A DNA stretch of 63,946 nt, the filler included, from Octopus bimaculoides (taxonomy: Eukaryota): NCBI RefSeq assembly GCF_001194135.2. It is 5 parts of 5 records of this genome, joined end to end, with 100 filler letters (N's around TTAATTAATTAA, not from the genome) between each part and the next. Parts side by side here need not be neighbours in the genome. Positions count along the whole stretch, not along the records: positions 59,889 to 62,758 come from NC_068981.1; positions 62,859 to 63,946 come from NC_069000.1; 3 more parts are not named here. One strand, written 5' to 3'. A program made the translations under genes and the position numbers. This document shows positions 61,946 through 63,946 of this stretch, in pieces. The notes beneath the pieces were generated by a model. It was not told the origin of the DNA, ran no database searches, and saw only the letters and a program-made list of their open reading frames with translations. Position 1 is the stretch's first letter, and every line of letters starts with the position of its first letter.

Positions 61946-62390
61946 TCCTGGGTATGCCTTTAAATTGCATCCATTAGTGGGGCCACAGTATGGGAATTCC
62001 GACATTTTGACGTGTGTGGAACTGCTTCTCAGTCCTTATTCTTCCCAGGTCAAGTCTGACACGGAGTACTGGTGCCTGTTATAGCCCAGCCTATGGATAA
62101 ACAAGCATGTGAACCACTTGAAACTTACTGCATCTTCATATTCAAATGCTGTTGTGCTTCCACGAATAAGGAAGAATTCTACAGTTGTGGCTTTTCCCCT
62201 CGAACTACCCGACTTTGGAATTCTCTTCCACCACATCGTTTCCCTCCTTCTTATGACCTGAACTCTTTCAAGTCTAAAGTAAATTCATTCCTTTCGTCTC
62301 AATTTCGCCTTCTTCGTAGTCCCTGACACTAAGTGGCGACTTGCCTTTTTGGGGACTTTCTTATAAAAAGGTTACTTTTCTTTGAGAGTG
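61946..62390 (+). mobile_element. Short CR1/Jockey-group LINE derivative (non-coding head + ORF2 C-terminus + 3' UTR)
   Basis: GFSPRTTRLWNSLPPHRFPPSYDLNSFKSKVNSFL matches the FFPRTxxLWNxLP...FKxxVN end of CR1/Jockey-group ORF2. The first ~170 bp has an inverted relative at 61625-61796. Confidence 0.75.
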
Positions 62391-63149
62391 TAACATTCAA
62401 GTACATGTCATGACAGGCGGAAAAGAAAAATTATAGATCAACTTCATCACCACTATCATCATCATCATCATCATCATCATTTCATGAACATCATGAACAT
62501 CATCATCATCACCACCACCGCCACCACCATCATCATCAACATCACCACATCCACCATCACCACCATATTCATCATCACCACCAACACCACCATCAGTAGC
62601 AAGAGCAGCAGCAGCAACAGCAGTATTATCAGTAAATTTCCCTGTGAGGTAATGCCCTTCATTTAAAATCAATTTTTATCTCTAGAAAATAAATTTTCAT
62701 TAAAAAATTTCCACCGAGGAAAACTAATTTTAGATTGAAATCCAGATAGTAATTGTTCNNNNNNNNNNNNNNNNNNNNNNNNNNNNNNNNNNNNNNNNNN
62801 NNTTAATTAATTAANNNNNNNNNNNNNNNNNNNNNNNNNNNNNNNNNNNNNNNNNNNNTTCTTCTTCTTAGATTTCTTCCCCTCCGCTTCCGTCTTCCTT
62901 TTCTTCTTCTTCTTCTTCTTCTTCTTCTTCTTCTTCTTCTTCTTCTTCTTCTTCTTCTTCTTCTTCTCCGTTCTCCTCTTTCTTTTTCTTTTTTCTTCTT
63001 CTTTTCTCCTTTTTCGTTTTCTAATTTATTTATTTCTTTATATACTTATTTAGTTTCGTTCTTCTCCTCGACTTCAACTCCTCTTTCGTCTCTTCTTCTT
63101 CTTCTTCTTCTTCTTCTTCTTCTTCTTCTTCTACTACTNNNNNNNNNNC

Positions 63150-63197
<48 letters not shown>

Positions 63198-63691
63198 TCT
63201 ACCGAACTTTCTTCTCATTCTCCTTCTTCAATCTCTTCTCTTTATAATTATTATTACTTCTTTCTCATTCACTTCCTTCTCCTCCTCCTTCGCCTCCTAC
63301 TTATTCCTTCAATCCCTCTTTCTATTTCTTCCTTTATCGTCAGTCATTCTCTTTCTCTTTTCCTCTACTACTACGACCACCACGACCACCACGACGATTA
63401 TCCGCTACAATCTTCTGTACAACATTAACATTATTCTCTCTCGTAGTTGTCTCCCCCTCTTCCTATCTCTACCATTCTCTTTCTCCCTCACTTCCTCTCT
63501 CTTTTTATCTTTCTGCTCCTCCTCTCTCTCTCTCTATCTCTCTCTCTCTCTATCTCTCTCTCTCTCTATCTCTCTCTTTACTTCTCTCTCGTATTGCCTT
63601 TCTTTTTCTCTCCCTCGACTCGGATCCTCCACTCATATAATTTATTTATTTTTCAAACATATACAACTCATTATATACGCCACATATATTT

Positions 63692-63752
<61 letters not shown>

Positions 63753-63946
63753 TCTTCCTTCACCTCCCCCTCTCTCTGTCCCTCTATATCTCTCACCATC
63801 GCTTTCATTCCCCTGCTCCCCCTATTCCCCTTTGATTTTACTTCAGTTGCTATTTTCCCTCCGTCGGCCATGCCGCATGTGTATGCGTGCGCGCGCACGT
63901 GCGTATATTGTACGCTTCAATATATTTATGCAAAATATACATATAC

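Noticed and set aside
27133-62814. Repeated TTAATTAATTAA motif
   Set aside because: It occurs only inside N runs; it is an assembly linker.

Overview
AT-rich, microsatellite-dense eukaryotic genomic DNA, about 13% N. It is very probably an octopus (coleoid cephalopod) draft assembly, inferred from the tRNA-derived SINE families, the RTE and R4/Dong LINEs and the N-flanked TTAATTAATTAA gap spacers. The only host gene I can support is the 3' half of GET4 (TRC35/C7orf20) on the + strand: five GT-AG coding exons at 35027-35165, 37068-37208, 37761-37836, 39323-39392 and 41491-41588 splice in frame to a protein ending ...AEELD*. I could not find its 5' exons. The rest is transposon debris: at least four SINE families, RTE, Tx1/L1, CR1-group and R4/Dong LINE fragments, an internally deleted mariner, a cluster of mariner MITEs, TTAA-flanked piggyBac-type MITEs, foldback palindromes and simple repeats. 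Almost all ORFs in the supplied track are microsatellite or N-run artefacts. The best leads are: a 92-bp hammerhead-ribozyme-like cassette flanked by a 9-bp direct repeat (17996-18087); recurrent head-to-tail SINE junctions at the same position; inverted RTE copies around the phase-symmetric GET4 exon block, which predict a stop-free 426-nt circRNA; and a ~480-bp palindrome with a perfect inner arm. No prokaryotic-type system such as CRISPR is present.
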